Source: a virus (taxonomy: Duplodnaviria; Caudoviricetes). Taken from it: 41,923 nucleotides of DNA. Positions within the stretch are counted from its first letter, which is position 1. Each line of letters begins with the position of its first letter. Both the position numbers and the translations under genes were made by a program. The stretch is taken from positions 1 to 41,923 of IMG/VR virus record IMGVR_UViG_3300046318_000548. One strand, given 5' to 3'. Under the pieces are notes generated by a model. The model ran no database searches. It saw only the letters and a program-made list of their open reading frames with translations, and was not told the DNA's origin. Positions 7,913 to 17,368 of this stretch are shown here, piece by piece.

Positions 7913-8539
7913 ATGAACACGTTTCTTAAATTAGGTGTAATCGTTATAGCAATCGCAGTTGGGATATTTATATTTCGTGAATGTTCTTCATCGGATACAC
8001 CGGGTGAAACTGTGAATGTGGATGGTAAAAAGTATGAGTTGATAAAACACAAAATTGATACTTTTGTTGTTGAACATACTCAAATAAAATATAGAAAGGG
8101 TGATGATATCTACCACGAGACAATTGTGGAAAAAGAGAAAAGAGTAGAAGTACCTATTTATATTAAAGCTGATAGTGAAAGAATTATCAGAGAGTATCAT
8201 TCAAAGGTGTTATACAAAGATAAGTTAGTATTAGAAAATGATTTGGGAACAATTGAATTAACTGATACTATATCTATGAATAAGATTATTGGTAGAAAGT
8301 GGAACGCTCAAATAAAAGAAAGAACCATAACTGATACCAAAATAGTAAAAGAGTTACCAAAGAATCAGGTCTATATTGGTGGGCAGGCAATTGTTGGGAA
8401 TTCAAATGTATTAGTTGGGCCACAACTTACATTGAAAACCAAAAAAGATAATATGTATGGTGCCGGAATGTTGATTGATGGAAATGGTAATAAATATTTA
8501 GGTGTTTCAGTTGGTTGGAAAATTAGAATTAAAAAATAA
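7913..8539 (+). CDS. Membrane-anchored protein with C-terminal beta-strands (possible spanin-like lysis accessory)
   Basis: N-terminal TM segment then Cys; extended DT/V/K-rich middle; C-terminal Gly/aromatic beta-hairpins ending YLGVSVGWKIRIKK. Confidence 0.5.
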   Translation: MNTFLKLGVIVIAIAVGIFIFRECSSSDTPGETVNVDGKKYELIKHKIDTFVVEHTQIKYRKGDDIYHETIVEKEKRVEVPIYIKADSERIIREYHSKVLYKDKLVLENDLGTIELTDTISMNKIIGRKWNAQIKERTITDTKIVKELPKNQVYIGGQAIVGNSNVLVGPQLTLKTKKDNMYGAGMLIDGNGNKYLGVSVGWKIRIKK

Positions 8540-8540
8540 A

Positions 8541-9347
8541 ATGCTCAACGAGTGTATCATTGTATCGAAAGAAGTTGGTGATAAGTTCATCCTAGCAAAG
8601 AATAGAGATAGAGCTTACAAACCAAAATTGGAAATAGTTCACACTATCATAAATGGTGTGGAGGTTGCATATATCCACGATATGATTACCGATTGGAGTG
8701 AGGGAATGAATGAGTTTGGAATCGGTATTGTTAATTCGGCTCTAATGGTAGGGCACGATGAGGCAGAGGCAAAGTTGGTAAAGAAGAGTGGTAAACCATC
8801 CAAAGATGGAAAGAAGATTAGAACTGCTCTTTCACAAAAAACTTTAAGAGAAGCAATCAAAGCGGCAGTATTAACTGATGGTGGTGTTAATGGACATACA
8901 TTTGTATCATCTCCAAAGTATATGGTTAGTATTGAAAAAACTTCCAAACACAAACCGGAGATTACTTTACACAATATGGAAAATCCAGTTGTTCGTACAA
9001 ATCACGGACATATGTTTACTGATGCTGGATATACACACGGAGAAAAATACCTATCATCTAAAATGAGAAAGATATCAGCTGAAAAATCGGTTGATAAAGT
9101 TGAAGATTGGAAAGAGATTGCAACGGCAATGAGAAAAGAATTCTTCCCAAAAGAATCTCAACTTAATATGGCAAGAAAAGCCAAAGAGATGTTCACATCA
9201 TCTCAAACTGTACTTAACCTTACGGATAGAATATTACAAGTAGAATATTTTACTGATAACGTTGAGGAATTTGTTGGTATAACTAATAAGTTACCAAAAG
9301 ACTACAAAGCTAAAATCAGTATCGTAGTAAAACCAATTCAATCCTAA
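8541..9347 (+). CDS. Ntn-hydrolase (Cys nucleophile; C45/C69/NRDE-like)
   Basis: Likely start is ATG 8541, just after the upstream stop (not 8502). MLNE-CIIVS...ILAKNRD, WSEGMNEFGIGIVNS, VVRTNHG and FTSSQTVLNL match the Ntn-hydrolase pattern. Confidence 0.7.
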   Translation: MLNECIIVSKEVGDKFILAKNRDRAYKPKLEIVHTIINGVEVAYIHDMITDWSEGMNEFGIGIVNSALMVGHDEAEAKLVKKSGKPSKDGKKIRTALSQKTLREAIKAAVLTDGGVNGHTFVSSPKYMVSIEKTSKHKPEITLHNMENPVVRTNHGHMFTDAGYTHGEKYLSSKMRKISAEKSVDKVEDWKEIATAMRKEFFPKESQLNMARKAKEMFTSSQTVLNLTDRILQVEYFTDNVEEFVGITNKLPKDYKAKISIVVKPIQS

Positions 9348-9362
9348 CTTTTTATAGTTTAG

Positions 9363-9371
9363 ATATTTATA
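9363..9371 (+). promoter_or_regulatory. Candidate phage late promoter ATATTTATA
   Basis: Recurrent motif 25 nt before ATG 9397. Confidence 0.6.
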
Positions 9372-9396
9372 CAAACAATATATAAATAGTATTACT

Positions 9397-9789
9397 ATGT
9401 CAACCGAATTCGAGTTATTCAAAGGTAAAACATTAGGTTCACTTTTTGAGGACATTTACAATAACCAAACACAAAAGAAAGCCAAAATATCGGAACTAAT
9501 CATTGAACTAAAAAAGATGGTTAGACACGCGGGTGATATGGCTGTCATTGGCCCACTTATCAAAGACCTAATAGATACATCTGTAAAGAATGATGACCAA
9601 TTAGTTAAGTTGGCAAACCTAGCACAAAAGTTAGTTTTATCGGAAAAGAAATCCGAAGGACAAGACGGATTCTTATCTGATTTTGAAAAACAACAATTGT
9701 TAAAAGATATTGAAACAACTCAAATGGAGTTGGAAAGAGTTGATGATTTGGAAAACGAAATAGAGGAACTTAAACAAAAAGTAAAATAA
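9397..9789 (+). CDS. Hypothetical helical/coiled-coil phage protein
   Basis: 130-aa ORF with C-terminal heptads, heading the baseplate operon. Confidence 0.6.
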   Translation: MSTEFELFKGKTLGSLFEDIYNNQTQKKAKISELIIELKKMVRHAGDMAVIGPLIKDLIDTSVKNDDQLVKLANLAQKLVLSEKKSEGQDGFLSDFEKQQLLKDIETTQMELERVDDLENEIEELKQKVK

Positions 9790-9790
9790 G

Positions 9791-11026
9791 ATGTCAATTC
9801 AAAATGCCAGTGTAGTTAGTACCCAAGTAGCGCAGAACCTTAATCAAAAATCGGCTGCTGGATATGGTATCGTATATAGTGTTGTATTAGATGAAACACA
9901 TCCAATAATAAAAAAGGGTGATTTAGATACATCAAATGTTGGTGCTGTTGAATTTCGTTTTACAGGTAGACCTGAAGCAGATGATGAAAATTTACCATTA
10001 GCAATTCCGTTTGATAAAAACTTTAAAACATTGCCGGTACGAAACGAATCCGTAGAAATTTATTCGGGTACTAGTGGTGAGTTTTACTATAAAAGAATTG
10101 GTAGTGAACCAACTCCAATTACAACGGCAGACCCAAAACAAATAAGTAAATTATTTAAACCAAAACCGCTACCGGCCGATAGACGTCTTGATTACAAAAA
10201 AGTACAAGCAACTGGTATTGTTAGGAGTAGTGGTAATTCATCACAAGAATATGATGGGTATGGTGATTATTTTAATCAAGAAAAAGGAATTCATAAACTG
10301 AAATTATATGAAGGAGATAGTTTAATTGAAAGTAGATTTGGTCAATCCATACGCTTTTCGGGATACAATAATGTAGATAAAAAATATTCTCCTACCATAA
10401 TCATTAGAAATAATGAAAATGTTGAATCAAAAAAGAAAACTATAAAAACCACAACTGAAGAGGATATTAATAGAGATAGTGGTATTATAGTTTTATCATC
10501 AGACCAGCATCAATTAAATTTTCAGCCAGGTAGTGTAGATGATAAGGGTAAAAGTGATTTCACAACAAAACCAGAATCATTTGAAAATTATCCAACAAAA
10601 TTAATTGGTGACCAAATTTTAATTAGTTCGGGTAGATTAATATTTTCTGCAAGAAATGCTGAAATGATTTTTTATTCAAAAAAGAATTATGGGTTTATAT
10701 CCGATGGTAATTTATCAATTGATAATAAATTAGGAATTGATATTAGTGTAAATGATACAATTAATATTGTTACAAATGGTAGAGATATTAATATGTTAAG
10801 TGGTAATGGTTCTATATTTTTGGGTAGTAAAGAAAACGGATTAGAACCATTAGTAAAGGGAACATCATTGGTTAAATTATTAGGTGAATTAATAGATACC
10901 ATAGTTGCACAACAATATCTAACACCATCAGGTCCATCTAAAATAGGACCTGAAAATGTGGCAGATTTTGGTGCTATAAAAGGAAAACTAAATAGTATTT
11001 TAAGTAAGTTAAATCAAACAACATAA
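9791..11026 (+). CDS. Baseplate central spike/hub protein (gp5/GpV-like)
   Basis: OB-fold-like N-terminus (LP..NE.V.I); EGDSLIESRFGQSIRF; beta-helix-like C-terminus (DQILISSGRLIFSA, GSIFLGS, EPLVKG..L..LL..LI, TPSGPS); lies upstream of the gp25-like gene. Confidence 0.6.
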   Translation: MSIQNASVVSTQVAQNLNQKSAAGYGIVYSVVLDETHPIIKKGDLDTSNVGAVEFRFTGRPEADDENLPLAIPFDKNFKTLPVRNESVEIYSGTSGEFYYKRIGSEPTPITTADPKQISKLFKPKPLPADRRLDYKKVQATGIVRSSGNSSQEYDGYGDYFNQEKGIHKLKLYEGDSLIESRFGQSIRFSGYNNVDKKYSPTIIIRNNENVESKKKTIKTTTEEDINRDSGIIVLSSDQHQLNFQPGSVDDKGKSDFTTKPESFENYPTKLIGDQILISSGRLIFSARNAEMIFYSKKNYGFISDGNLSIDNKLGIDISVNDTINIVTNGRDINMLSGNGSIFLGSKENGLEPLVKGTSLVKLLGELIDTIVAQQYLTPSGPSKIGPENVADFGAIKGKLNSILSKLNQTT

Positions 11027-11922
11027 TGGCCAAACCTAAAAATAAAGTAAAAATAGTAACAAACAATTTAACTGATTTCAAAAAAAGCGCAGTTATTAAA
11101 ACGGATGCTCAATTAAAAGCAGAAAGAGTTAAATTGGAAGAATTAAGAATGGCGCAAGGTGAATATGAAAATACAAAAATTAAAAAAATTGAACCAATCG
11201 CTGGGCCAGGATTTGTAACATCATTTAGTAATACTGATTTATTATCAAAAATTCCACCACCAACTGTATCATTACCACCGCAAGAAAATCAACAATCCAT
11301 TACAAAAGAATTATTAGCTAACACAAAAACTCAAATAAATGCCGGTATAGTAAATGCTGGTGCTAATTTACAAGCAGTTGGAAGTGCAGCACTAACAAAT
11401 GCAAAATCACAAGTAACGGATGCATATGCTGGAATAAAAGATAAAGCAGGTGCAGCGTATGGTGATGCTAAAAAACAAGTTGATGGTGCGATTGGAGATG
11501 CAAAGGCGTTGGCAAATGTTGTAAAAAACTTTAAGATTCCACAACTACCACCAATACCAGAATTCAAAATAAAAGAACAACCAATACCGCGTAAGTTTAA
11601 GAAGTTATTAGAAAAACAACAGGCATTGGCATTATTAGAAGCAGCTAAACAATCGGCAGCACAAGCACAACAATTTGCAGCAGATGCACAAGCACAATTA
11701 GATGATGCTAAAAAACGTGCAACCGATGTAATAAATCAAGGAAAAGATTTAGCAGATAAAGCAACTTCTACTGCAACTGATATTGCCGATAGTGCAAAAT
11801 CACAAGTAGAGGGAGCAATAAGTGATACAACTTCTTTAAAAGATAATCTTGTGGGTGATGCTACAGGAAAAGCAAACGAAATATATGGTAATCCATTAGA
11901 TTTAATTAACAAAAAACCATAA
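11026..11922 (+). CDS. Ala/Lys/Asp-rich helical-repeat protein
   Basis: Roughly 11-aa amphipathic repeats (AKSQVTDAYAG / AKKQVDGAIGD / AKSQVEGAISD); start overlaps the upstream stop. Confidence 0.6.
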   Translation: MAKPKNKVKIVTNNLTDFKKSAVIKTDAQLKAERVKLEELRMAQGEYENTKIKKIEPIAGPGFVTSFSNTDLLSKIPPPTVSLPPQENQQSITKELLANTKTQINAGIVNAGANLQAVGSAALTNAKSQVTDAYAGIKDKAGAAYGDAKKQVDGAIGDAKALANVVKNFKIPQLPPIPEFKIKEQPIPRKFKKLLEKQQALALLEAAKQSAAQAQQFAADAQAQLDDAKKRATDVINQGKDLADKATSTATDIADSAKSQVEGAISDTTSLKDNLVGDATGKANEIYGNPLDLINKKP

Positions 11923-11923
11923 T

Positions 11924-13177
11924 ATGTCTTGGGAGATTTTTAAACAAAATATATTAAGAGTATCGGATAGTCCAGAATCGATAAGTAGTACGGATATGAT
12001 TGCCGATTTATATGCTAAAGAATATGATGCTGCTATAAAAAGAGGATTTGATTCTACACATAAAGTAACCTTAAAAAAGGGTAATGTTGAATTGATGAAA
12101 AAATTATTCAAACTTGCACTTGATAAAGGTTTAACTCAAACTGGTGAATATGATTTAGTTGGTGCAATGGGTGATGGTGTTTTGGCTTATTGGGCTGGGG
12201 CAGTTATGAATGAAATCCCAATACCAACAATACCTGCTACTGGTGCAACATCAAATATAGCAGTAACATCAAATTTAGTAGTAAGTAATGGTGTGTGGAA
12301 AAAATCAATTGGTGGAATAGACCCCGATGCTATGGATGACCCAGGCGATGATAATGCTAAAATTGAATTTGCTGCCGTAGAAGAATATGAAATTGATAAT
12401 GGTGAAATTGCAGTTCCAGAACCAATACAAGAAACCGAAGAAGTAGTAGATGATACAATTGGTGCAGACATTGATTATGATACAATTGCAGAAAGTATAG
12501 AAACACCTACTTTTACTGATGAAGAAATTAGTAATGTAATTGAAAGTGAGATAGAAGATGTAGAAGAAGAATTTCAAATTGTAGAGCAAACCGAAGAGGA
12601 AAAGAAAGCAATAGCTGAAGCTGTTAGTAATTTACCACCACCAAAAATATATGGAAAAATAGGAGCTACTACTGCACAACTTTCTCCTCCACCTGGCTTA
12701 CCTAAAAGTTTAGTAAATGGAACTATTCCTGCAAATGTACTTGCTCCAATCGGTAATGGTATGATACTACACAAAGAAGCGGCTGTACAATTTTTGAAAC
12801 TAAAGGCACAAGCACAAAAAGATAAAATTAGATTTACAATATCATCTGCATATAGACCATTAGCAGACCAGGTACGATTGTATAAAAAATACCCAAAAGG
12901 ACAAGCAGCAAAACCCGGTAGTTCAATTCACGGATGGGGATGTGCTATTGATTTTGGTGAAATAGCAAATGATTGTAAAGTAAAAGGTGGGGGAATTGGT
13001 GGAAGAACTGCACCTGCGGTCAATCAAAAAGTAAGACAAACCAATCCTTTATATAGATGGCTATCAGTATATGGTCCAAAATATGGTTGGTATAATCCAT
13101 ATAGATTATGTGATAACGCAGGTAATGATGAGGCATGGCATTGGGAATATTGGGGATTTTTTACTCAACACGAATAA
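11924..13177 (+). CDS. Probable virion protein with C-terminal M15B/VanY-like Zn peptidase
   Basis: ISSAYR, SIHGWGCAID (SxHxxGxAxD) and EAWHWEY (ExxH); acidic linker; separate N-terminal domain of ~125 aa. Confidence 0.8.
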   Translation: MSWEIFKQNILRVSDSPESISSTDMIADLYAKEYDAAIKRGFDSTHKVTLKKGNVELMKKLFKLALDKGLTQTGEYDLVGAMGDGVLAYWAGAVMNEIPIPTIPATGATSNIAVTSNLVVSNGVWKKSIGGIDPDAMDDPGDDNAKIEFAAVEEYEIDNGEIAVPEPIQETEEVVDDTIGADIDYDTIAESIETPTFTDEEISNVIESEIEDVEEEFQIVEQTEEEKKAIAEAVSNLPPPKIYGKIGATTAQLSPPPGLPKSLVNGTIPANVLAPIGNGMILHKEAAVQFLKLKAQAQKDKIRFTISSAYRPLADQVRLYKKYPKGQAAKPGSSIHGWGCAIDFGEIANDCKVKGGGIGGRTAPAVNQKVRQTNPLYRWLSVYGPKYGWYNPYRLCDNAGNDEAWHWEYWGFFTQHE

Positions 13178-13180
13178 TAT

Positions 13181-14329
13181 ATGGCAGCAATACGTCCAAC
13201 AAAAAATACGGGTTTAATTGTAGATGAGTTTCTTCGTTATGCGAATGAACATTTATCTACTATTACTGGTGTCATTTATACTACATCAAATTATCCACCA
13301 TTAGGACAGCCTGGTCCTGGTATTATACAATGGCAGGGATATAGTGTGCAAGGTTTCAAAGAATCTACTGTAATTGAAGAAGAAATATTCCAAGATGTAG
13401 AAATTGAAAACGCAATAATTGATGAAGAATTTATAGAAAAAGGAATACCATTAGATTCTTCAGCAAATGGTTTAGCATTAGATGATTCAATTGATGTAAG
13501 TGATGCAGCCGATGCATCTTTTCTAGGTTCGGATGGAGAATTACCGGAATTACCAGAACTTACTGATGAAGAAATTACTAATTTTATTGAAGAAGCTGGT
13601 GTAACAATTGAGCCCGAATTAGCAACAACTGCAAATGAACCAGCATCCGATAATCCATCTGACCAATTAAATGGGCCAATAAACGCAGGTGGCCCTATGC
13701 CTGAAATTATAGTAGACCCAACTAAATTAAAACAAAAGTTTTATGTAGTTACAACTCGTGTAATTAGAGAATTAGAGGGTGGATACTATCACCCACAAAT
13801 GTTAAGAGATGGTAGAGTAAAGGATAGTAGATATAATACATCCGGTGAAACTATGTATGGTATAGATAGAAAAGCCGGTGCACCGGGAACAACTAATCCA
13901 CCACCTGCAAAACAATTTTGGGCAGCAATAGATGCGGCCGGTGCAGCTAGTAAATGGAAATGGTGTTACATTCCACCAAATCCATTAAGGGATAAGTTAG
14001 TATATTTGGCGGCAGGAATAATGGAGCCACAATTTAAAAGTAATTTATCAAATTATATAGGTGATAGAAATTTAATAAATTTAATAAATTCGCACGATGG
14101 TTTATTATATAACTTTGTGTATGCTTCATGGAATGGACCAGGATGGTTTAAAGGATTTGCTAGGATAATAAAAGCAGCATATGCAGGTGGAATGACAAAT
14201 CCAACTCAATTATCTAGATTATTTACTGCAAAACGTCTTAATAATGTTGGTGTTATTGGAAATAAATCAAACAATTCACTAATTGCTCAAAATGGTAAAA
14301 AGATTGCCAAAAATTTGGGATACGCATAG
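13181..14329 (+). CDS. Probable virion protein with C-terminal GH108-like lysozyme-fold domain
   Basis: VIRELEGGY...SGETMYGID resembles GH108 EGGY...GGETxYGI; acidic linker; short N-terminal domain. Confidence 0.6.
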   Translation: MAAIRPTKNTGLIVDEFLRYANEHLSTITGVIYTTSNYPPLGQPGPGIIQWQGYSVQGFKESTVIEEEIFQDVEIENAIIDEEFIEKGIPLDSSANGLALDDSIDVSDAADASFLGSDGELPELPELTDEEITNFIEEAGVTIEPELATTANEPASDNPSDQLNGPINAGGPMPEIIVDPTKLKQKFYVVTTRVIRELEGGYYHPQMLRDGRVKDSRYNTSGETMYGIDRKAGAPGTTNPPPAKQFWAAIDAAGAASKWKWCYIPPNPLRDKLVYLAAGIMEPQFKSNLSNYIGDRNLINLINSHDGLLYNFVYASWNGPGWFKGFARIIKAAYAGGMTNPTQLSRLFTAKRLNNVGVIGNKSNNSLIAQNGKKIAKNLGYA

Positions 14330-14364
14330 TAAGTATAAATAAATCCCAAAAATAAACAAATCAA

Positions 14365-14373
14365 ATATTTATA
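14365..14373 (+). promoter_or_regulatory. Candidate phage late promoter ATATTTATA
   Basis: Recurrent motif 24 nt before ATG 14398. Confidence 0.6.
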
Positions 14374-14397
14374 TTAACAACAACGAAAGATAATCAA

Positions 14398-14901
14398 ATG
14401 AATACGGATAAATTATTAAAAGCTATTCAAATTCTTATCAAAGAGGAGTTAAAACAACAACTTCCTGCTTTGATTAAAGAAGGAGTAACTAGAGAAATTA
14501 AAAGGGTTTTGGCCGAAGGAAATACTAAACCACAACCTAAAAAGGAAAGTACTGATATATCAATGGCTAAAGCTATATTAGGTGAGGATAGAACATCTCA
14601 ACCTAAACAAAAAGTTGAAAATGTATCATACACTAAAAATCCAGTGTTAAACGATATTCTAAATGAAACTCGTATGGCTACAATGAGTGGGGGTGATGGT
14701 GAGTTTAGAACAATGAATTTTGGACAAGGTGATATGGGTTCAATTGTAGGTAAAACTGCTTTGGCTGAAAAAATGGGATATGGTGATTTAGCTAGAGGTC
14801 CTCAACCAAGTGGATTGGGTGTTCAAACTGGAGTACCTGAATTAGATAAAGCATTAAATAGAGATTATTCAGAATTAGTAAAAAGATTTAATAAAAAATA
14901 A
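14398..14901 (+). CDS. Hypothetical phage protein with LxE/IxE motifs (possible protease-processed virion protein)
   Basis: LIKEE, LIKEG, VLAEG, ILGED and ILNET motifs; ends ALNRDYSELVKRF. Confidence 0.55.
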   Translation: MNTDKLLKAIQILIKEELKQQLPALIKEGVTREIKRVLAEGNTKPQPKKESTDISMAKAILGEDRTSQPKQKVENVSYTKNPVLNDILNETRMATMSGGDGEFRTMNFGQGDMGSIVGKTALAEKMGYGDLARGPQPSGLGVQTGVPELDKALNRDYSELVKRFNKK

Positions 14902-15329
14902 TGGCAGTAATATTAGGTCAAAAAGTTGTAAAAGATACGGTTGAGTTTAACGATTATGCTATTGGAATATCACTTCCAATACAAATTGGTAATGTTGCTT
15001 TCAATCAAACTTTTCAAACAATTGACCAAGTAAAGTCAAATATAAAAAATTTATTATTAACAAAAAAAGGTGAGCGTGTAATGCAGCCTGAATTTGGTAG
15101 TGGATTGCAAGAAGTTCTATTTGAGTTTAATGATGATGATTTATCTGAAAAAATAGAAACTACAATAACAACGGCAATAGAGCGTTGGATACCAAGTGTT
15201 TCAATAGAAAGTATATTAGTTGAATCAACCGATGCTTTAAAAGATTCTAATCAAGTTAATATAAGTTTAACTTTTAGAGTAACAGGTAATCAAAATGTAC
15301 AAAACGTAACTTTTAATGTAAATGGTTAA
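14901..15329 (+). CDS. Baseplate wedge subunit, gp25/GpW-like
   Basis: QVKSNIKNLLLTKKGERVMQPEFGSGL..LFE, characteristic of the gp25 family. Confidence 0.92.
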   Translation: MAVILGQKVVKDTVEFNDYAIGISLPIQIGNVAFNQTFQTIDQVKSNIKNLLLTKKGERVMQPEFGSGLQEVLFEFNDDDLSEKIETTITTAIERWIPSVSIESILVESTDALKDSNQVNISLTFRVTGNQNVQNVTFNVNG

Positions 15330-15334
15330 TACGA

Positions 15335-17368
15335 ATGGCAATTAATACTATAAATAAAAATTTTAAGAATAAAGGAAAGGATATAAAGTATCTTAATAAA
15401 GATTTTACAGCTTTTAAAGATAACTTAATAGAATTTGCCAAAACGTATTTTCCAAAATCCTATAACGATTTTAGTGATGCATCGCCGGGAACAATGTTCA
15501 TTGAAATGGCATCATATGTTGGTGATGCTCTTTCTTATTATGTGGATGATACATTAAAAGAATCATTAATTACATATGCCGAAGATAAACGAAGTTTAAT
15601 CGCATTAGCACAATATTTGGGATACAAACCAAAAGTATCATCACCTGCAATAACAACATTATCAGTTTATCAGTTAGTACCATCGGTGGGTTCAGGTGTT
15701 AATAATCAGCCAGATTCTAAATATTTTTTAAAAATAAAGGAAGGTATGAAAACCATATCAACAACTGATGTAACATTTAGAACTACTGATATTGTTGATT
15801 TTGGTGAAGATTACAATAGAGAAGTGACGGTTTATCAAAGAAGTGCTATTACAGGTGAACCTACATTTTATTTAGTTAAAAAATTAGTTCAAGCAATATC
15901 CGCAATTGAACAAACTGCTACATTTGATTTTGGTCCATATGAATCGTTTAGAACAATAACACTAAATGAAACAAATGTAGTTCAAATATATGATGTTAGA
16001 GATTCTAATGGAAACAAATATTATGAAGTTCCATATTTAGGACAAGAAATGGTATTTATTGATTATCCAAATACGGAAGCAAACGATTCCGAATTAACTC
16101 AATTCAAAACATCAGTACCATACATTCTTAAAACTATAAAAACACCACGTAGATTCACTACAAGAATAAATGAAAATAGTACAACAACTATTCAATTTGG
16201 AGCAGGTGACCCTAATGCATATGATGAACAATTAATTCCAAATTTAAAAAATGTTGGATTGGGATTACCAAACTCTATCAGTAGATTGGAAGAATCATTT
16301 GACCCAACAAACTTCTTAAAAACAAAATCGTATGGTTCATCACCATCAAATACTACAATTACTGTAAAATATTTTGTAGGTGGTGGTATTGATTCAAATG
16401 TTCCAAAAAATACTTTAATAAACATAAATGAAGTTGAATTTAATGATGATTTAAGTTTATTTACAACTGCCGAATTAGCAACATACATATCGGTTAAAAA
16501 TTCATTAGCAGTTGATAATGAAATCCCTGGTATTGGTGGTAGAGGTGCGGAGACTGTTGAAGAGATTAGACAAAATGCATTAGCAAACTTTGGTGCACAA
16601 AATAGAGCAGTAACTGCAAAAGATTATCAGGTTAGAGTTTTATCAATGCCTGCAAAATATGGTTCAATTGCAAAAGCATATGCAACTGCCGATGGTACGT
16701 TGGATAATAATTCCCCATCATCAATATTAGCATCACCTAATCATTTACAAGAGTTTACTGATTTAGTAATGAGATTTGTAAATTTGCCGGATATGCAAGA
16801 ACCATCTCGTCAGAGTATCCAACAAGATATAACTAATTTTTTAGTAGGTAAAGCATCTAATTCAAATGAAAAAAATAATCCATTTGCAATTAACCTTTAT
16901 TTGTTAGGATATGATTATGAGGGTAAACTAACAAATGTTAATAGAGCAGTAAAAGAAAATCTTAAAACATATTTGAATGAATATCGAATATTGACGGATG
17001 GTATTAATATAAACGATGGTTTCATAATAAATGTTGGAATTGATTTTGAAATATCTACATTTGACAATTACAATAAAAGTGAAGTATTGACATCGTGTAT
17101 TAACGAACTAAAGGCGTATTTTAGTATTGATAATTGGACATTTAACCAAACTATAAATTTAAGTGAGGTTGAATTATTATTAGCAAATGTAGAAGGTGTA
17201 TCATCCGTGCCAATGTTAAAGGTAACAAATAAATGTGGTGGAAGATATTCACCAAATTCATATAATATAGAAGCGGCTACTAAAGGTAAGATTGTGTATC
17301 CATCTTTAGACCCATCGGTTTTTGAAGTTAAGTACCCAGATTCGGATATTAAAGGAAGAGCAAAATAA
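15335..17368 (+). CDS. Baseplate wedge protein, gp6/Baseplate-J-like
   Basis: YLNKDF...YFP..YNDFSDASPGTMFIEMASYVGD.LSYY, LAQYLGYKP, IQFG.G, GGRGAETVEEIR and QNRAVTAKDY. Confidence 0.9.
   Translation: MAINTINKNFKNKGKDIKYLNKDFTAFKDNLIEFAKTYFPKSYNDFSDASPGTMFIEMASYVGDALSYYVDDTLKESLITYAEDKRSLIALAQYLGYKPKVSSPAITTLSVYQLVPSVGSGVNNQPDSKYFLKIKEGMKTISTTDVTFRTTDIVDFGEDYNREVTVYQRSAITGEPTFYLVKKLVQAISAIEQTATFDFGPYESFRTITLNETNVVQIYDVRDSNGNKYYEVPYLGQEMVFIDYPNTEANDSELTQFKTSVPYILKTIKTPRRFTTRINENSTTTIQFGAGDPNAYDEQLIPNLKNVGLGLPNSISRLEESFDPTNFLKTKSYGSSPSNTTITVKYFVGGGIDSNVPKNTLININEVEFNDDLSLFTTAELATYISVKNSLAVDNEIPGIGGRGAETVEEIRQNALANFGAQNRAVTAKDYQVRVLSMPAKYGSIAKAYATADGTLDNNSPSSILASPNHLQEFTDLVMRFVNLPDMQEPSRQSIQQDITNFLVGKASNSNEKNNPFAINLYLLGYDYEGKLTNVNRAVKENLKTYLNEYRILTDGININDGFIINVGIDFEISTFDNYNKSEVLTSCINELKAYFSIDNWTFNQTINLSEVELLLANVEGVSSVPMLKVTNKCGGRYSPNSYNIEAATKGKIVYPSLDPSVFEVKYPDSDIKGRAK

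Noticed and set aside
8502-8540. Longer start for the Ntn-hydrolase
   Set aside because: Overlaps the upstream gene; ATG 8541 follows its stop and has an A-rich leader.
9381-9388. Exact T4 late promoter TATAAATA on the + strand
   Set aside because: Not the recurring pattern; the opposite-orientation motif is the consistent one upstream of genes and is also present here at 9363.
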